Origin: an uncultured delta proteobacterium
GTDB lineage: Bacteria > Desulfobacterota > Binatia > HRBIN30 > BPIQ01
Length of the DNA: 64,000 nt
NCBI GenBank assembly: GCA_963761335.1
Contig: CAVXGR010000018.1
Coordinates: 96,001 to 160,000, forward strand
Direction: 5' to 3'
Shown: positions 28,558 through 39,011 of the stretch, in pieces
How positions within the stretch are numbered: position 1 is the first letter of the stretch
How the letters are laid out: each line of letters opens with the position of its first letter
The notes under the pieces: model-generated
What the model saw: only the letters and a program-made list of their open reading frames with translations
Told to the model about the DNA's origin: nothing
Databases searched by the model: none
Translations under genes and position numbers: made by a program

Positions 28558-29995
28558 GCTCGGCTTGCGCAAGATCGAGGACTGGCTCTGGGAGATCCCC
28601 AGGAGCGGCGGCATGCGGGTCCCGGGGCGCATCTTTGCCACTGCCGAGCTGTTGCAGGACATCGCCCGCGACCAGAGCCTGCAGCAGGTCGCCAACATGG
28701 CACATCTCCCCGGTATCGTCGGCTACTCTCTGGCCATGCCCGATATCCATCTGGGCTACGGATTCCCCATCGGCGGAGTCGCCGCGGTGGACGTGGACGA
28801 AGGGGTCATCTCCCCGGGCGGCGTCGGCTACGACATCAACTGCGGCGTCCGTCTGGTGGCCACGGGGCTCACCCATGCCGACGTTTCCGGCCATATCGAG
28901 GCGCTCGCCGATCGGCTGTTCGCGGCCATTCCCTGCGGCGTCGGGGCCGAGGGAGCGATCGCCAAGCTCGGGGTCGAGGATGAGAAGCGGCTGCTGCGAC
29001 GCGGCGCCGCCTGGGCCATCGAGCAGGGCTTTGGCAGCGCCGCAGACCTGGCGCATACCGAGGAGTACGGCTGCATGGCGGCCGCGGACGCCGATGCGGT
29101 CAGCGAGACGGCGCTCAAGCGGGGTCTCAAGCAGGTCGGCACCCTCGGCTCGGGCAATCACTTCCTCGAGGTCGGACGCGTCGACGAGATCTACCGCCCG
29201 CAGGTGGCCGCGGCCCTGGGCATCGAGCTGGAGCAGATCACCATCATCATCCACTCGGGCTCCCGCGGCCTCGGCTACCAGACGTGCGATGACTACCTGC
29301 GGGTGATGGGCCGCGCCATGGAGAAGTACCACATCCGCCTGCCCGACCGGCAGCTGGCCTGCACGCCGCTGCAGTCGGAAGAGGGACGCCGCTACCTGGC
29401 GGCGATGGCCTGTGCCGCCAACTACGCCTGGGTGAACCGCCAGGTGATGATGGGCCTGGCGGAGCGAGCCTTCCAGGAGGTGCTCGGCATCGGGCCGCGA
29501 GAGCTGCGCTTTCGCCTGGTCTACGACGTCTGCCACAACATCGCCAAGCTCGAGGAGCACGTGGTCGAGGGAAAGCGTCGCCGGCTCTGTGTGCATCGCA
29601 AGGGCGCCACCCGCGCTTTTGGGCCCGGTCACCCGGCGATTCCTGAAAGCCTGCGCGCCATCGGACAGCCGGTGCTCATTCCCGGCGACATGGGCCGCTA
29701 CTCGTTTCTGCTGGTCGGCACCGAGATCGCCATGCGTTCGACCTTCGGCAGCACCTGTCACGGCGCCGGCCGGGTGATGAGCCGCACCGAATCCAAGCGG
29801 CGCAGTCGCGGCCGCGATCTTCTCGGCGAGCTGTCGCGACAGGGAGTCACGGTGCGCTACCAGGGGCGCGGCACTCTGGCCGAAGAGATGCCGCACGCCT
29901 ACAAAGACGTGGCCGAGGTCGTCGACGTGATGGATCGCGCCGGGGTGAGCCTGAAGGTCGCGCGCCTGCGCCCCCTGGCGGTGATCAAGGGCTGA
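28550..29995 (+). CDS. rtcB: RNA-splicing ligase RtcB
   Basis: MPDIHLGYGFPIGGV, GGVGYDINCG, GTLGSGNHFLE, HSGSRG, HRKGAT, STCHGAGR, EEMPHAYKD. Confidence 0.97.
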   Translation: MSELGLRKIEDWLWEIPRSGGMRVPGRIFATAELLQDIARDQSLQQVANMAHLPGIVGYSLAMPDIHLGYGFPIGGVAAVDVDEGVISPGGVGYDINCGVRLVATGLTHADVSGHIEALADRLFAAIPCGVGAEGAIAKLGVEDEKRLLRRGAAWAIEQGFGSAADLAHTEEYGCMAAADADAVSETALKRGLKQVGTLGSGNHFLEVGRVDEIYRPQVAAALGIELEQITIIIHSGSRGLGYQTCDDYLRVMGRAMEKYHIRLPDRQLACTPLQSEEGRRYLAAMACAANYAWVNRQVMMGLAERAFQEVLGIGPRELRFRLVYDVCHNIAKLEEHVVEGKRRRLCVHRKGATRAFGPGHPAIPESLRAIGQPVLIPGDMGRYSFLLVGTEIAMRSTFGSTCHGAGRVMSRTESKRRSRGRDLLGELSRQGVTVRYQGRGTLAEEMPHAYKDVAEVVDVMDRAGVSLKVARLRPLAVIKG

Positions 29996-30005
29996 GGGCT
30001 ACCGC

Positions 30006-30047
30006 CGCGAACGGCGCCGGAGAGCCGATTCTCCGGCGCCGTTCGCG
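30006..30047. terminator. Perfect 18-bp stem hairpin between convergent genes (possible bidirectional terminator)
   Basis: CGCGAACGGCGCCGGAGA-gccgat-TCTCCGGCGCCGTTCGCG; no U-tract. Confidence 0.55.
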
Positions 30048-30048
30048 A

Positions 30049-33000
30049 CTACTTGGCGACGATGTCGACGTTGGTCGACGCCGAAGCGGTGTGCTCGTCC
30101 TTGTCCGTCACCTCACCCGACGCCGTCAGAACCGTGCCCGGCGCGACGTCGTTGTTGACGAGCATCGTCAACCGGATCGTGCTCTGCGCCGACTTCACCA
30201 TGGTGCCGAGCTGCCAGACGAACTGACCGTTCGCGGTGGATGTCGGCGGTGGGGTCGACAGCACGAACGTGCTCTGCTCCGGAGGGGTCACCGTCAGCAC
30301 GACGCTGTTGGCGACCGCCAGTCCGGTGTTCTTCACCTTGTACGTCAAGCGGAGCTGGCTGCCGGGGAAAGTGCGCGTGACCGTCGAGAGCACCAGCGAC
30401 AGAGGCGGCAGGTTCGTGCGGACCCCGCGCACGCGACCGACAAACGACACCGAGGAGAGGTTCTCGGCATCGTCGGACACGTTGACGAGGTTCTCCAGGA
30501 CGGTCCCCGGATCGGTCGTAGGATCGAGGGCGCCTCGCAGCAGGACCAACTTGGAATCGCCGGCAGCGATCGTCGGGAAGGTCCACATCACCTGGTTGTC
30601 GACTTGCGAGGCGGGCGTTGGCAGCGAATTCAGGAAATTGAGGCTGCTCGGTAGAAAATCAGTGACGTGCACGTTGAATGCGGTGTCGGCGGTGATGTTG
30701 CGCACGCGAATCGCGTAGGACACCGTCGAGTTGATGCCGAGGCTGGGGTTCTTCGGTACGCCGGTGATGGTCAGCACGTACGGAGCCCGCTGCTTTGTGA
30801 ACACCGTCGTTTCGACGGCGGCGGCGGAATGGCCGGAATCGTCATAGACGACCATGCGCACCTGGGGTGCCGATCCCTGGGGAATGCTTGCGGGGGCCAG
30901 GGTGAGATAGATACGCTCAGCGCTGCCCGCCGGCAATGTACCGATGGTCCACTGCTCGGTGCCGATGTCCGGCGGTGGGAAGGCGTCGACGAACACCAGA
31001 TCGGGGTCATATGTTGCGGCAACCACCACTCCGGTCAGATCATTGGCGCTCGGGTTCGAGTACGTGAAGCTGTAGGTGACGGTCTGGTCCGGCCGCGCCG
31101 GATCGGGGAGATCCTCGAGTGAAGCCGTCAGGATGAGCTGTCCGACGACCACGGTGTCCTCGTAGACGTTGGACACGTGGCCGGCGTCGTCCTCAGCTCG
31201 GGCCATGTTGCGCTGGATGGTACCGGGAATGGTCGTCGACTTGACCTGCGATTGGATGACGATGCGTTTGCTGCCGCCTGCCGGGATGAACGGCAGCGTC
31301 CACTGATCGATGCGGTCGGGGTCCGGCGCTGGCTCGGAGGACAGAACGATGAGATCGGGGTCGAACAGCTCGCGGACGACGACGTTGCTGATGGCATCGT
31401 TGGAGCGATTGCTGACGATCAGGGTGTACTGGAGATTGTCACCCGGCATCACCGGATCGGGGTGATCCGACTTGGTCAGCACCAGAGGCCGGTCCTCGTG
31501 TACGACGCTGACCACGTCCGGTCCGACCTGCGGGCCGCCAAGGGCGAGCGTCGAATCGATTTGATAGCCGGTCAGGATGACGAGGTCGTCATCGACCACC
31601 CCCGAGTCGACCTGCACGGTGAATAGGATGACTCCCGAGCCGCTGGCGGGAAGATCGGCGATGTTCCAGGTGACCGTGCCGGTGCCTCCCGGTGCGGGAG
31701 CTGACGCCGGTGCCGGCACTGCCGAGACGAAGGTCGTGTCGGTGGGAACGTCCGCGGTCACGGTTACGCCGGTACCGAGACCTCCCGAGTTCGCGAAAGT
31801 GATCGTGTAGGTGAGGAAATCGTCCGCCGCCACCGGGTCGTGGCTGGCCACTGCGCTGATGTGGAGCATCGGCGGGATTTCGGTGGGCGTGAAGGTCGGC
31901 GTGCTCGTCGGGGTGCTCGTCGGCGTGAACGTCGGTGTCGGTGTGCTGGTCGGTGTGCTGGTCGGTGTGCTGGTCGGCGTATCTGTCGGCGTGAACGTCG
32001 CGGTGGCCGTAGGTGTCTGCGTGGGTGTCGGCGTCTCGGTGAAGGTCGGGGTCACCGTCGGAGTGTCGGTCGCCGTCGATGTCGGCGTCGGCGTACTGGT
32101 CTCGGTCGCCGTCGGCGTGATCGTCGGAGTGAGACTCGGCGTCGCCGTGGGAAGGACCAGCGCCACCTTGACGAAGCCGTCGCCTGTCGTCACCGGGGTG
32201 ATGTTGGCGCCCGTTTGGTCCTGGGCGATGCCGTTGCTGTTGAGGATCGGGTAGGTCCCCGGGGAGGTGCCCGGCAAGACACTGAAGATGCAAGTGTAAA
32301 GCGGCCCGTCGGGGATCGGTGCATTGTTGATGGGCGGGCCCTGCACGAAGATTCGCACGGTGGTCGTTGTCGCCGTGCTGCCGATGACGCTGGCGACCAC
32401 ATTCTTGGTCAGGCCCGCGGCGATGGTGCAGTCCGCCGGGTTCAGCGACATCGCATTGTGGTTGTAAGTGATGTCGTTCCCGGTCCCCGCGACGACGTTG
32501 CCGGAGGTCTCCAGGCTGGTGGCGACCGAGGCGATGCTTCCCGCCAGGGTGATGTCGTTGCCGACCTGAATATGGGCGCCGAGCGGGGTCGGCGTGGCGG
32601 TCGGCAGGACGAGCACGACGTTGACGCTGCCGTCGTTGCCGATCACGTTCGCGAGGCTGTTTCCATCCGGATCTTCGGCGACCGTGTTGCTGACGGTGAG
32701 CGGATAGCTGCCGGGTGGTGTCCCGGGAAGAACACTGAAGGTGCAGCTGTACAGCGGGCCGTCGGCGATTGGGTCGTTATTGATCGGCGGCCCCTGCACG
32801 AAGACACGAACCGTGGTGGTGGTCGAAGTGGTCGCCACGACGCTCGCGGAGAGCAGCTTCGGTGCCGCGGTGGTGAGTGCGCAGTTCGCCGGGTCGAGGG
32901 CCAGCGCCGTGTTGTCGAAGGTGATGTCGTTGCCCACGCCGGCAACCAGGAAGCCGGCGTTGTTCAGGGAGATCCCGACCGTGGCGCTGCCGCCCGCCAG

Positions 33001-34530
33001 TGCGGTCTCATCGCCGACGTCGACGACCACCGAGACGGGAGTCAAGGTCACGGTCGCCGTCTGTGTGGCGGTCGGCGTCTCCGTCGGAGTCGGGGTGTCG
33101 GTCGGCGTGTCGGTCGGCGTGCTCGTTGAGGTTTGTGTCACCGTCGGCGTGCTGGTTGGCGTCGACGTCGGGGTGTCGGTCGCGGTCGCCGTCGGGGTTG
33201 AGGTGAAGGTAGGTGTCGACGTCGGTGTCCCGGTCGGAGTATCGGTGGCCGTCGGAGTTGCAGTCGCGGTCGATGTCGGCGTCCGAGTCGGCGTCTCCGT
33301 CACTGTCGGAGTGTCCGTGGGTGTGCTCGTCGGTGTCGGCGTGCTCGTCGGCGTTGTGGTGGGCGTGCTCGTCGGCGTCGATGTCGGGGTCAGCGTGCTC
33401 GTCGGTGTGGACGTGGGCGTCGATGTCGCGGTGATCGTCGGCGTCAAGGTGACGGTCGGCGTCCGTGTCGGCGTGGGAGTCTGTAGGACCAGAGATACGG
33501 TCACCGAGCCATCTGCGCCGACGACGGGCGAGAGGGCGAATCCGTTCGGGTCCTGTGCCAGCTGGTTGCTGTTTGTGAGCGGGTAGTTTCCGGGCAGAGT
33601 CCCCGGCTTGATGCCGAAGGTACAGGTATACATCGGCCCATCGGGCATCGCTGTGTTCGGCGGTCCCTGGACGAAGACGCGTACAGTGGTCGTCGTCGCC
33701 GTAGTCTGAACCACACTGGCGGTGAACGTCTTCGCCAGTGAGGGATTCAGCGAGCAGTCGGTGCCGGGGGTCAGAGTGAGGGCCGTGCTGTCGAAGGTGA
33801 TATCGTTGCCGGTGCCGGCGACCATAAGCCCCGAGGTGGTCAGCGTCGTGGTGATGTCGACGCTGCCTCCAGCCAGACCCAGGCCCGTGCCGATATCGAT
33901 GTGAACGCGTTGAGGTGTCGACGTCGGCGTCGAGCTCGGAGTCGACGTCGGTGTGTTGGTCGGAGTCGACGTTGGCGTCTGCGTCGGTGTGTCCGTGGAT
34001 GTCGGCGTCTGTGTCGGGGTGTCGGTCGACGTCGGCGTCTGCGTCGGCGTATCGGTGGAGGTCGGCGTCGCCGTCGGTGTGTCGGTCGGGGTGGATGTCG
34101 GTGTCTGTGTGGGGGTGTCGGTCGACGTCGGCGTCTGCGTCGGGGTATCGGTGGATGTCGGTGTCTGTGTCGGGGTATCGGTGGAGGTCGGCGTCGCCGT
34201 CGGTGTATCGGTCGGGGTGGATGTCGGTGTCTGTGTGGGGGTGTCGGTGGACGTCGGCGACTGCGTCGGGGTATCGGTGGAGGTCGGCGTCGCCGTCGGT
34301 GTATCGGTCGGGGTGGATGTCGGTGTCTGTGTGGGGGTGTCGGTCGACGTCGGCGTCTGCGTCGGAGAGTCGGTCGGCGTCGAGGTCAGGGTCGGGGTGA
34401 TCGTGGGCGTTTCAGTTGGGGTCTCCGTCGGTGTCTCTGTAGGCGTCAGTGTCTGCGCGGAGGCGAGTTGTGGGCCCGCCAGGAAGAGGGCGACGAACAA
34501 GATGCCAATGACGACTTTGTACCGTTTCAC
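30049..34530 (-). CDS. Large secreted Thr/Pro-rich protein with 3 cohesin-like repeats and 5 DUF11-like Ig domains
   Basis: Signal peptide [25 protein letters not shown]; three ~138-aa repeats (VAG.GNDIT...DGP.Y.C.F...G.YP...DG.V.V); five units of the type PDPV.PGD.L.YTL.V.N. Confidence 0.8.
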   Translation of the reverse strand: MKRYKVVIGILFVALFLAGPQLASAQTLTPTETPTETPTETPTITPTLTSTPTDSPTQTPTSTDTPTQTPTSTPTDTPTATPTSTDTPTQSPTSTDTPTQTPTSTPTDTPTATPTSTDTPTQTPTSTDTPTQTPTSTDTPTQTPTSTPTDTPTATPTSTDTPTQTPTSTDTPTQTPTSTDTPTQTPTSTPTNTPTSTPSSTPTSTPQRVHIDIGTGLGLAGGSVDITTTLTTSGLMVAGTGNDITFDSTALTLTPGTDCSLNPSLAKTFTASVVQTTATTTTVRVFVQGPPNTAMPDGPMYTCTFGIKPGTLPGNYPLTNSNQLAQDPNGFALSPVVGADGSVTVSLVLQTPTPTRTPTVTLTPTITATSTPTSTPTSTLTPTSTPTSTPTTTPTSTPTPTSTPTDTPTVTETPTRTPTSTATATPTATDTPTGTPTSTPTFTSTPTATATDTPTSTPTSTPTVTQTSTSTPTDTPTDTPTPTETPTATQTATVTLTPVSVVVDVGDETALAGGSATVGISLNNAGFLVAGVGNDITFDNTALALDPANCALTTAAPKLLSASVVATTSTTTTVRVFVQGPPINNDPIADGPLYSCTFSVLPGTPPGSYPLTVSNTVAEDPDGNSLANVIGNDGSVNVVLVLPTATPTPLGAHIQVGNDITLAGSIASVATSLETSGNVVAGTGNDITYNHNAMSLNPADCTIAAGLTKNVVASVIGSTATTTTVRIFVQGPPINNAPIPDGPLYTCIFSVLPGTSPGTYPILNSNGIAQDQTGANITPVTTGDGFVKVALVLPTATPSLTPTITPTATETSTPTPTSTATDTPTVTPTFTETPTPTQTPTATATFTPTDTPTSTPTSTPTSTPTPTFTPTSTPTSTPTFTPTEIPPMLHISAVASHDPVAADDFLTYTITFANSGGLGTGVTVTADVPTDTTFVSAVPAPASAPAPGGTGTVTWNIADLPASGSGVILFTVQVDSGVVDDDLVILTGYQIDSTLALGGPQVGPDVVSVVHEDRPLVLTKSDHPDPVMPGDNLQYTLIVSNRSNDAISNVVVRELFDPDLIVLSSEPAPDPDRIDQWTLPFIPAGGSKRIVIQSQVKSTTIPGTIQRNMARAEDDAGHVSNVYEDTVVVGQLILTASLEDLPDPARPDQTVTYSFTYSNPSANDLTGVVVAATYDPDLVFVDAFPPPDIGTEQWTIGTLPAGSAERIYLTLAPASIPQGSAPQVRMVVYDDSGHSAAAVETTVFTKQRAPYVLTITGVPKNPSLGINSTVSYAIRVRNITADTAFNVHVTDFLPSSLNFLNSLPTPASQVDNQVMWTFPTIAAGDSKLVLLRGALDPTTDPGTVLENLVNVSDDAENLSSVSFVGRVRGVRTNLPPLSLVLSTVTRTFPGSQLRLTYKVKNTGLAVANSVVLTVTPPEQSTFVLSTPPPTSTANGQFVWQLGTMVKSAQSTIRLTMLVNNDVAPGTVLTASGEVTDKDEHTASASTNVDIVAK
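33915..34450 (-). repeat. Coding tandem repeats ([10 protein letters not shown] / [12 protein letters not shown])
   Basis: Recurring 30- and 36-bp units, e.g. gtcggtgtatcggtcggggtggatgtcggtgtctgtgtgggggtgtcggt. Confidence 0.9.
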
Positions 34531-34548
34531 TCAATCACCAGGTCCTTT

Positions 34549-36078
34549 TCAGGGCATAGCTGCCAGAGCGCGGACGACCCCAGGCAGGTCTGCGGCGGTG
34601 ACGGCCCGTTCCAGGCAGCCAGGCGCTGCCGGAGAATTGTCGAAGATCCGCGCGATGATGATGCGGACGTCGCTTTCGTCGATCTTCCCGTCGCAATTCG
34701 CATCGTCCGGACCGGCCGGCGTCGGCGTTGCGCTGGGAAGCGGGGATAGCGTACGAGTCGGCGTTAAGGTCACCGTCGGCGTACGCGTCGGAGTTGCGGT
34801 TCTCGTCGCCGTTCGTGTTTTCGTCGGCGTCCTCGTCGGTGTCGGGGTTGCGGTCGCCGTCGGTGTCGCCGTGGGCGTGAAGGGCGGACTGACTCCGTTG
34901 AGCACGACTGAGACGCTCTGTGTATCCCGCCCGAACGTCTGGTCTTCCTGGTCGGCCGTGGCGAAGTCGAGCTTTTTGTCTCCGTTGAAGTCCGCCACTG
35001 CCAGACCGATGGGGCCGGTGCCGACCCCGACCGTCTCTCCCATTGAGAAGGTGCCATCGCCGTTATTCAAGAGCAGCGTGACATTGTTCGAACCGCTGTT
35101 GGCCGTCAGCAGATCCTGGTCGCCGTCGCCGTCGAAGTCGCCGGCGGCCACGGCCGCCGGCAGCAGGCCAACGGGGTAGCTCACCGGGGGCGCGAAAACC
35201 CCCGGAGCTTGCTGCAAAAAGACGAGAACACTCCCGTCCAGGCGACTGGTGATGGCCAGATCGGGAAGCGCATCGGCGTTCAGGAGCGCTATTGCTGCAT
35301 CGGTCGGCGCATCGACGTCGGCGAGAGCCACGGGCGCGCCGAAGGGCGTTCCTCCGGCCTGTCTGTAAAGAAACCAGACCTGGTCCCCGTCCGTATCCAG
35401 CACCACCAGGTCGGCCCCGGGCGCGCCGTTCCCATCGAGATCCCCACTGACCAGTCGGCCGGGGATGATGTTGCCGATGTCGATGGGCTGGGCGTTCGAG
35501 AAGGCGCCCCCGCCCGTTCCGGGTAGCAGCGAAATCTGTCCGTTGCCTTCGGTTGAGGTGGCACAGGCGGCGAGGTCGAGAACCCCGTCTGCGGTGAGGT
35601 CGGCTGCCGTGATACAGGTTGGAAAAAGGCCGACGGTAAAGGGGTTGGAGTTGAAGGACAAGGGTGCGGTGCTGGTGTAAACGACCGCGGCACCATTGAA
35701 GTCCGGGAAGCTCTCCAGGTCGTCAGCGGACAGGGCGAAGTCGTCCACAGCGTCGTCCCCGAAGCGCCCAGCGGCAATTCCAGTGACGGAAAAACGGTCC
35801 GCAACCTCAACTTTTTTGCTCTGCGTGAACACGCCGTCTCCCCGATTGATCAGAATCGTTGCGGTATTTCCCTCGTCCGCAGTGATCAGGTCGAGACCGG
35901 CCGTGTCATCGAACTGCCCGCTGGCGATCCCCACCGGGGAGGTTCCGACCGGGTAGTAGCGGCGCTGTCCGAAAAGCGGGGCCCCCCAGCTCGTCGCGGG
36001 GAGCCAGGCAAGGCCGCAGAGGATGCCAATTGTGGCTGCAAGCAGATGTTTTGCGACCTCACTTCTCCCCTCCGACAC
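34549..36078 (-). CDS. Secreted FG-GAP/VCBS repeat protein with Thr/Pro linker and C-terminal dockerin-like motif
   Basis: Repeats [36 protein letters not shown]; tail [19 protein letters not shown]...AVTAADL; GTG start with GGAG RBS. Confidence 0.85.
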   Translation of the reverse strand: MSEGRSEVAKHLLAATIGILCGLAWLPATSWGAPLFGQRRYYPVGTSPVGIASGQFDDTAGLDLITADEGNTATILINRGDGVFTQSKKVEVADRFSVTGIAAGRFGDDAVDDFALSADDLESFPDFNGAAVVYTSTAPLSFNSNPFTVGLFPTCITAADLTADGVLDLAACATSTEGNGQISLLPGTGGGAFSNAQPIDIGNIIPGRLVSGDLDGNGAPGADLVVLDTDGDQVWFLYRQAGGTPFGAPVALADVDAPTDAAIALLNADALPDLAITSRLDGSVLVFLQQAPGVFAPPVSYPVGLLPAAVAAGDFDGDGDQDLLTANSGSNNVTLLLNNGDGTFSMGETVGVGTGPIGLAVADFNGDKKLDFATADQEDQTFGRDTQSVSVVLNGVSPPFTPTATPTATATPTPTRTPTKTRTATRTATPTRTPTVTLTPTRTLSPLPSATPTPAGPDDANCDGKIDESDVRIIIARIFDNSPAAPGCLERAVTAADLPGVVRALAAMP

Positions 36079-36306
36079 GCCGTGCTCTCCGTTCTCAAGG
36101 TCCTTGCCATGTTGAATCAAGTGGGAAATGTTACGACTGGAGTGAACAGAATTGCAAGGAGAAATGTTTGGCTCTGCACGCGGCGGATGCGGACTCTACC
36201 GCCGCACCCGGCCGGCGCAAGCGTTTTTCCTTTCCCGGGAACATTTCCTTTTGAAATACGGCTGCTTCAGTGGCTGAATGGGCGGGTGCCCGGTCGGGGA
36301 GCCAGG

Positions 36307-37152
36307 ATGCATGCGCGTCGGGGCGCGCCGGGAGGGCGACGAGGAGCCCGGGCGCTGGCGGTGCTCTGCTGTGCCCTGTTGAGCGGCTGCGCCGCCCGGG
36401 GGCCCCTCGGTGCGGCGCGCGCCAGCGAGGGCGGCATGAGCTGTCACGAGGCCACTGAGGTCGCCCGCGCGGCGATGTTCCGGCTGGGATACGGCATCGA
36501 GAAGGTGGTTCCGGCGACCCCGCAGGCCCCCGGCAGGATCGTCGGCCGCCGCAACTCCGGATGGGCCGCCGGCACGCCCGAGGGAGGGGACGCCTACACG
36601 GCGATCATCGAGATCACCTGCTCGGATCAGGGGGCGGACTTCACAGCCGTGACCGACGAGCCGATCACCTCGCGGATCACCTTCCGCCAGCGGTTCAACG
36701 ACGCGATTGCGGAGATGGCGAAGCGCCAGGTCCGCGAGCCGAGTCTCGACAAGACGCCGCGCCAGGGCCTGGTGATCACCGTCGAGCCGCAGCGCTCGAG
36801 CCAGGCGCGATCGGTCTTTGGCGCCGATCTGCTGGCCGCGGGAGTGACGCCGGTGCGTATCCAGATCCACAACCGCACGCCGCGGGCCTATGGCTTCGAG
36901 CGCGGCGACGTGCAGCTGGTCTCTCAGGAAGGCGAGCGGGTGGAGCCGCTGCCGATCGAGAAGGCCGTGGCCAAGGTCGAGCCGGAGGTTGCTGCCCAGA
37001 TGCGAGCCAAGCTCATCGGCGAAGGGAATCTGGCGGCGGGAGAGTCGCGCCTCGGCTACCTCTATTTCCCTGCCTCGGCGTACCGCCGTGCCCGCGTCGT
37101 CCTCACCGACCTCGAGAACGACGAGTCGGAGGGCACCAGCATCGAGTTCTGA
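36307..37152 (+). CDS. Hypothetical lipoprotein
   Basis: Basic N-region, hydrophobic stretch and lipobox LSGC; GC-biased codon usage. Confidence 0.7.
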   Translation: MHARRGAPGGRRGARALAVLCCALLSGCAARGPLGAARASEGGMSCHEATEVARAAMFRLGYGIEKVVPATPQAPGRIVGRRNSGWAAGTPEGGDAYTAIIEITCSDQGADFTAVTDEPITSRITFRQRFNDAIAEMAKRQVREPSLDKTPRQGLVITVEPQRSSQARSVFGADLLAAGVTPVRIQIHNRTPRAYGFERGDVQLVSQEGERVEPLPIEKAVAKVEPEVAAQMRAKLIGEGNLAAGESRLGYLYFPASAYRRARVVLTDLENDESEGTSIEF

Positions 37153-37194
37153 GCGCGGCGGCGCGCGCCGATCGTCAAGCGCCCATCCCGCCGC

Positions 37195-38667
37195 TCAGAA
37201 CTCGAAGCGCTCGCTCTCCTCGGTCTCCGCGTGCGTCACCTCGCGCGGCCCGTCGTCGGCGGAGTCTGCCGGGCCCTCGATCAGCAGCGGCTGGGTGCGC
37301 AGCAGAGGCTCGATGCGCTCCATCAGCCGCGGGCCGTAGAAGGCCAGCGCGTTGCTCGACAGCAGGCGCACGGCGTACTCGGGGTCGATCTGCGGGTTGG
37401 TGATCACCCGTTTCACACAGTCGGTGAGAACGCCGTCCCAGTGGCCGTAATCGACCGACCAGCCGGCGAGGCGCTCGCCCGTCTTGCCGAGAGCGGCGCG
37501 CAGGTAGGTGGGGGCCGGATCGTCGGGCTCGAAGGTGGTGAATATCTGACCGCGAGCCAAATACTCTTCCGGATTGCGCCGGAGGTCTCGATGCTCGAAG
37601 AGGAAATCGCGGTGGGAGTTGCCGTTCGGCGGCGCCTGCTGCCTCTCGCGGGCCAAGCTCAGCAGGTTGCGGGCGCGCTGGCGAATGCCGACGCGCGGGG
37701 CGCTCTGCCGCTCGCGCAGTGCCTCCCAGGCGAAGCGGGCGCGGGAGATCTCCTGGCGCGGGTCGAAGTCGCGGACACGCTTCTCCCAGTGCTCGTGCAG
37801 GGCGTGCATCAGGTCCGGGAGCCAGCCGCAGCCGGCTTCGAGAAAGCCGAAGCGCAGGCGCGGGAAGCGCTCGAGGACGCCGTCCATGATCAGCTTCGCC
37901 ATCGCCATCTGCTGCTGGCTGCGGTGCCCGAACAGATGCACCAGCGCGAAGGTGTCGAGCTGATCCGAGGAACCACCGCAGAGGTAGGCTCCCGGCGTGC
38001 CGTGCACGGCGATCGGCACGTTGAGCTCCTGTGCCGCCTCGTACAAGGGGAAGAAGCTCGGGTCGGAGAGATGTCGCGGCGCGCGTATCGCCGGAAAGGC
38101 CTCGGGTGCATCGGGATGGGGAATCGGGAGATTCGGCGAGATGCTCACCGCCGGCATGCGCAGCTGGTGCACGCAGCGGCGCATCTCGGTCACCGCCTCG
38201 TCCACGTCCTGCAGCGGCAGGATGCCCGTCGCTATCAGGCGCATGCGGTAGGGAGCGCAGTCGTCGTGGATGTAGTTGTTGTAGGCGCGGCAGAGGGCGA
38301 CCGCCAGGTCCTTGTCGATCAGGCTGGCGAAGGTCAGAGTCAGGGAGCCGTAGATGATCTGGACGTCGATGCCCTCGCGGTCCATCTGCTGCAGGCGCAC
38401 GCGGTTGTAAAGGGCGCCCATGGCCGTCTCCGGGTGCAGGGCGCGATAGGCTCCCTTGCCGAGGCCGTCCGGTTGCGGGTAGAGGCGCACGAAGTCGGCC
38501 TTGCCGGTGCGCGGATTTCGATCGGTGATGGCGACGCGCTGCTCGCCGTGCGCGTCGATGACCGTGCGCAGGCGATTGCGGTACGCCGGCTCGACGTATT
38601 CGAGGAAGATGACCGGGTTCTCGATCTTGTGCGAATCGGCGTCAATGACCGGCGCGCCGCGAAACAT
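37195..38667 (-). CDS. Amidohydrolase_2 family protein
   Basis: VIDADSH, MDREGIDVQIIY, CRAYNNY, VPIAVHG, ERFPRLRFGFLEAGCGW, DYGHWD. Confidence 0.88.
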   Translation of the reverse strand: MFRGAPVIDADSHKIENPVIFLEYVEPAYRNRLRTVIDAHGEQRVAITDRNPRTGKADFVRLYPQPDGLGKGAYRALHPETAMGALYNRVRLQQMDREGIDVQIIYGSLTLTFASLIDKDLAVALCRAYNNYIHDDCAPYRMRLIATGILPLQDVDEAVTEMRRCVHQLRMPAVSISPNLPIPHPDAPEAFPAIRAPRHLSDPSFFPLYEAAQELNVPIAVHGTPGAYLCGGSSDQLDTFALVHLFGHRSQQQMAMAKLIMDGVLERFPRLRFGFLEAGCGWLPDLMHALHEHWEKRVRDFDPRQEISRARFAWEALRERQSAPRVGIRQRARNLLSLARERQQAPPNGNSHRDFLFEHRDLRRNPEEYLARGQIFTTFEPDDPAPTYLRAALGKTGERLAGWSVDYGHWDGVLTDCVKRVITNPQIDPEYAVRLLSSNALAFYGPRLMERIEPLLRTQPLLIEGPADSADDGPREVTHAETEESERFEF

Positions 38668-38804
38668 GATTGGGCCTCCTGGGGGGTGCCCCTGTGTTAC
38701 GGCAGGGACCCGGGAGCGTCAAGAAGACGGCAGCCGATGCTGGACCGAGCCGGCCGGCTGTGCAATGGATTGCCGAGTCATTCCTCACTTGGAGAAGGCA
38801 TTTC

Positions 38805-39011
38805 ATGGGCGACGAAGCAGCGAACATATGGATTCCCGATGAGCTGGTCGAGTACTACTCGCAGCGCGCCGAAGCGGATCCGAACATCACCGATCTCAAC
38901 CACGCCATCCGCATCGTCCTCCGCAAGCACATGATGTTCGAGGAAGGCGCACTCACCGACCCGCTGGAAGAGCTGAAGCTCGAGGCGATCACCTGTCCCC
39001 ACTGCGCCTGA
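38805..39011 (+). CDS. Small hypothetical protein, ribbon-helix-helix-like with C-terminal CPHC
   Basis: GGAGAAGG RBS; NIWIPDELVEYYSQRA...LNHAIRIVLRKHM...TCPHCA. Confidence 0.6.
   Translation: MGDEAANIWIPDELVEYYSQRAEADPNITDLNHAIRIVLRKHMMFEEGALTDPLEELKLEAITCPHCA

Noticed and set aside
28550..29995. Intein in RtcB
   Set aside because: Length (481 aa) and contiguous motifs leave no room for an insertion
31880..34450. Dense direct repeats as a possible CRISPR array
   Set aside because: Repeats are in-frame Thr/Pro codons with no unique spacers, and no cas genes are present
33953..35179. Val/Gly-rich plus-strand ORFs (also 31811-32254, 32741-33586)
   Set aside because: Antisense shadows of the Thr/Pro linkers
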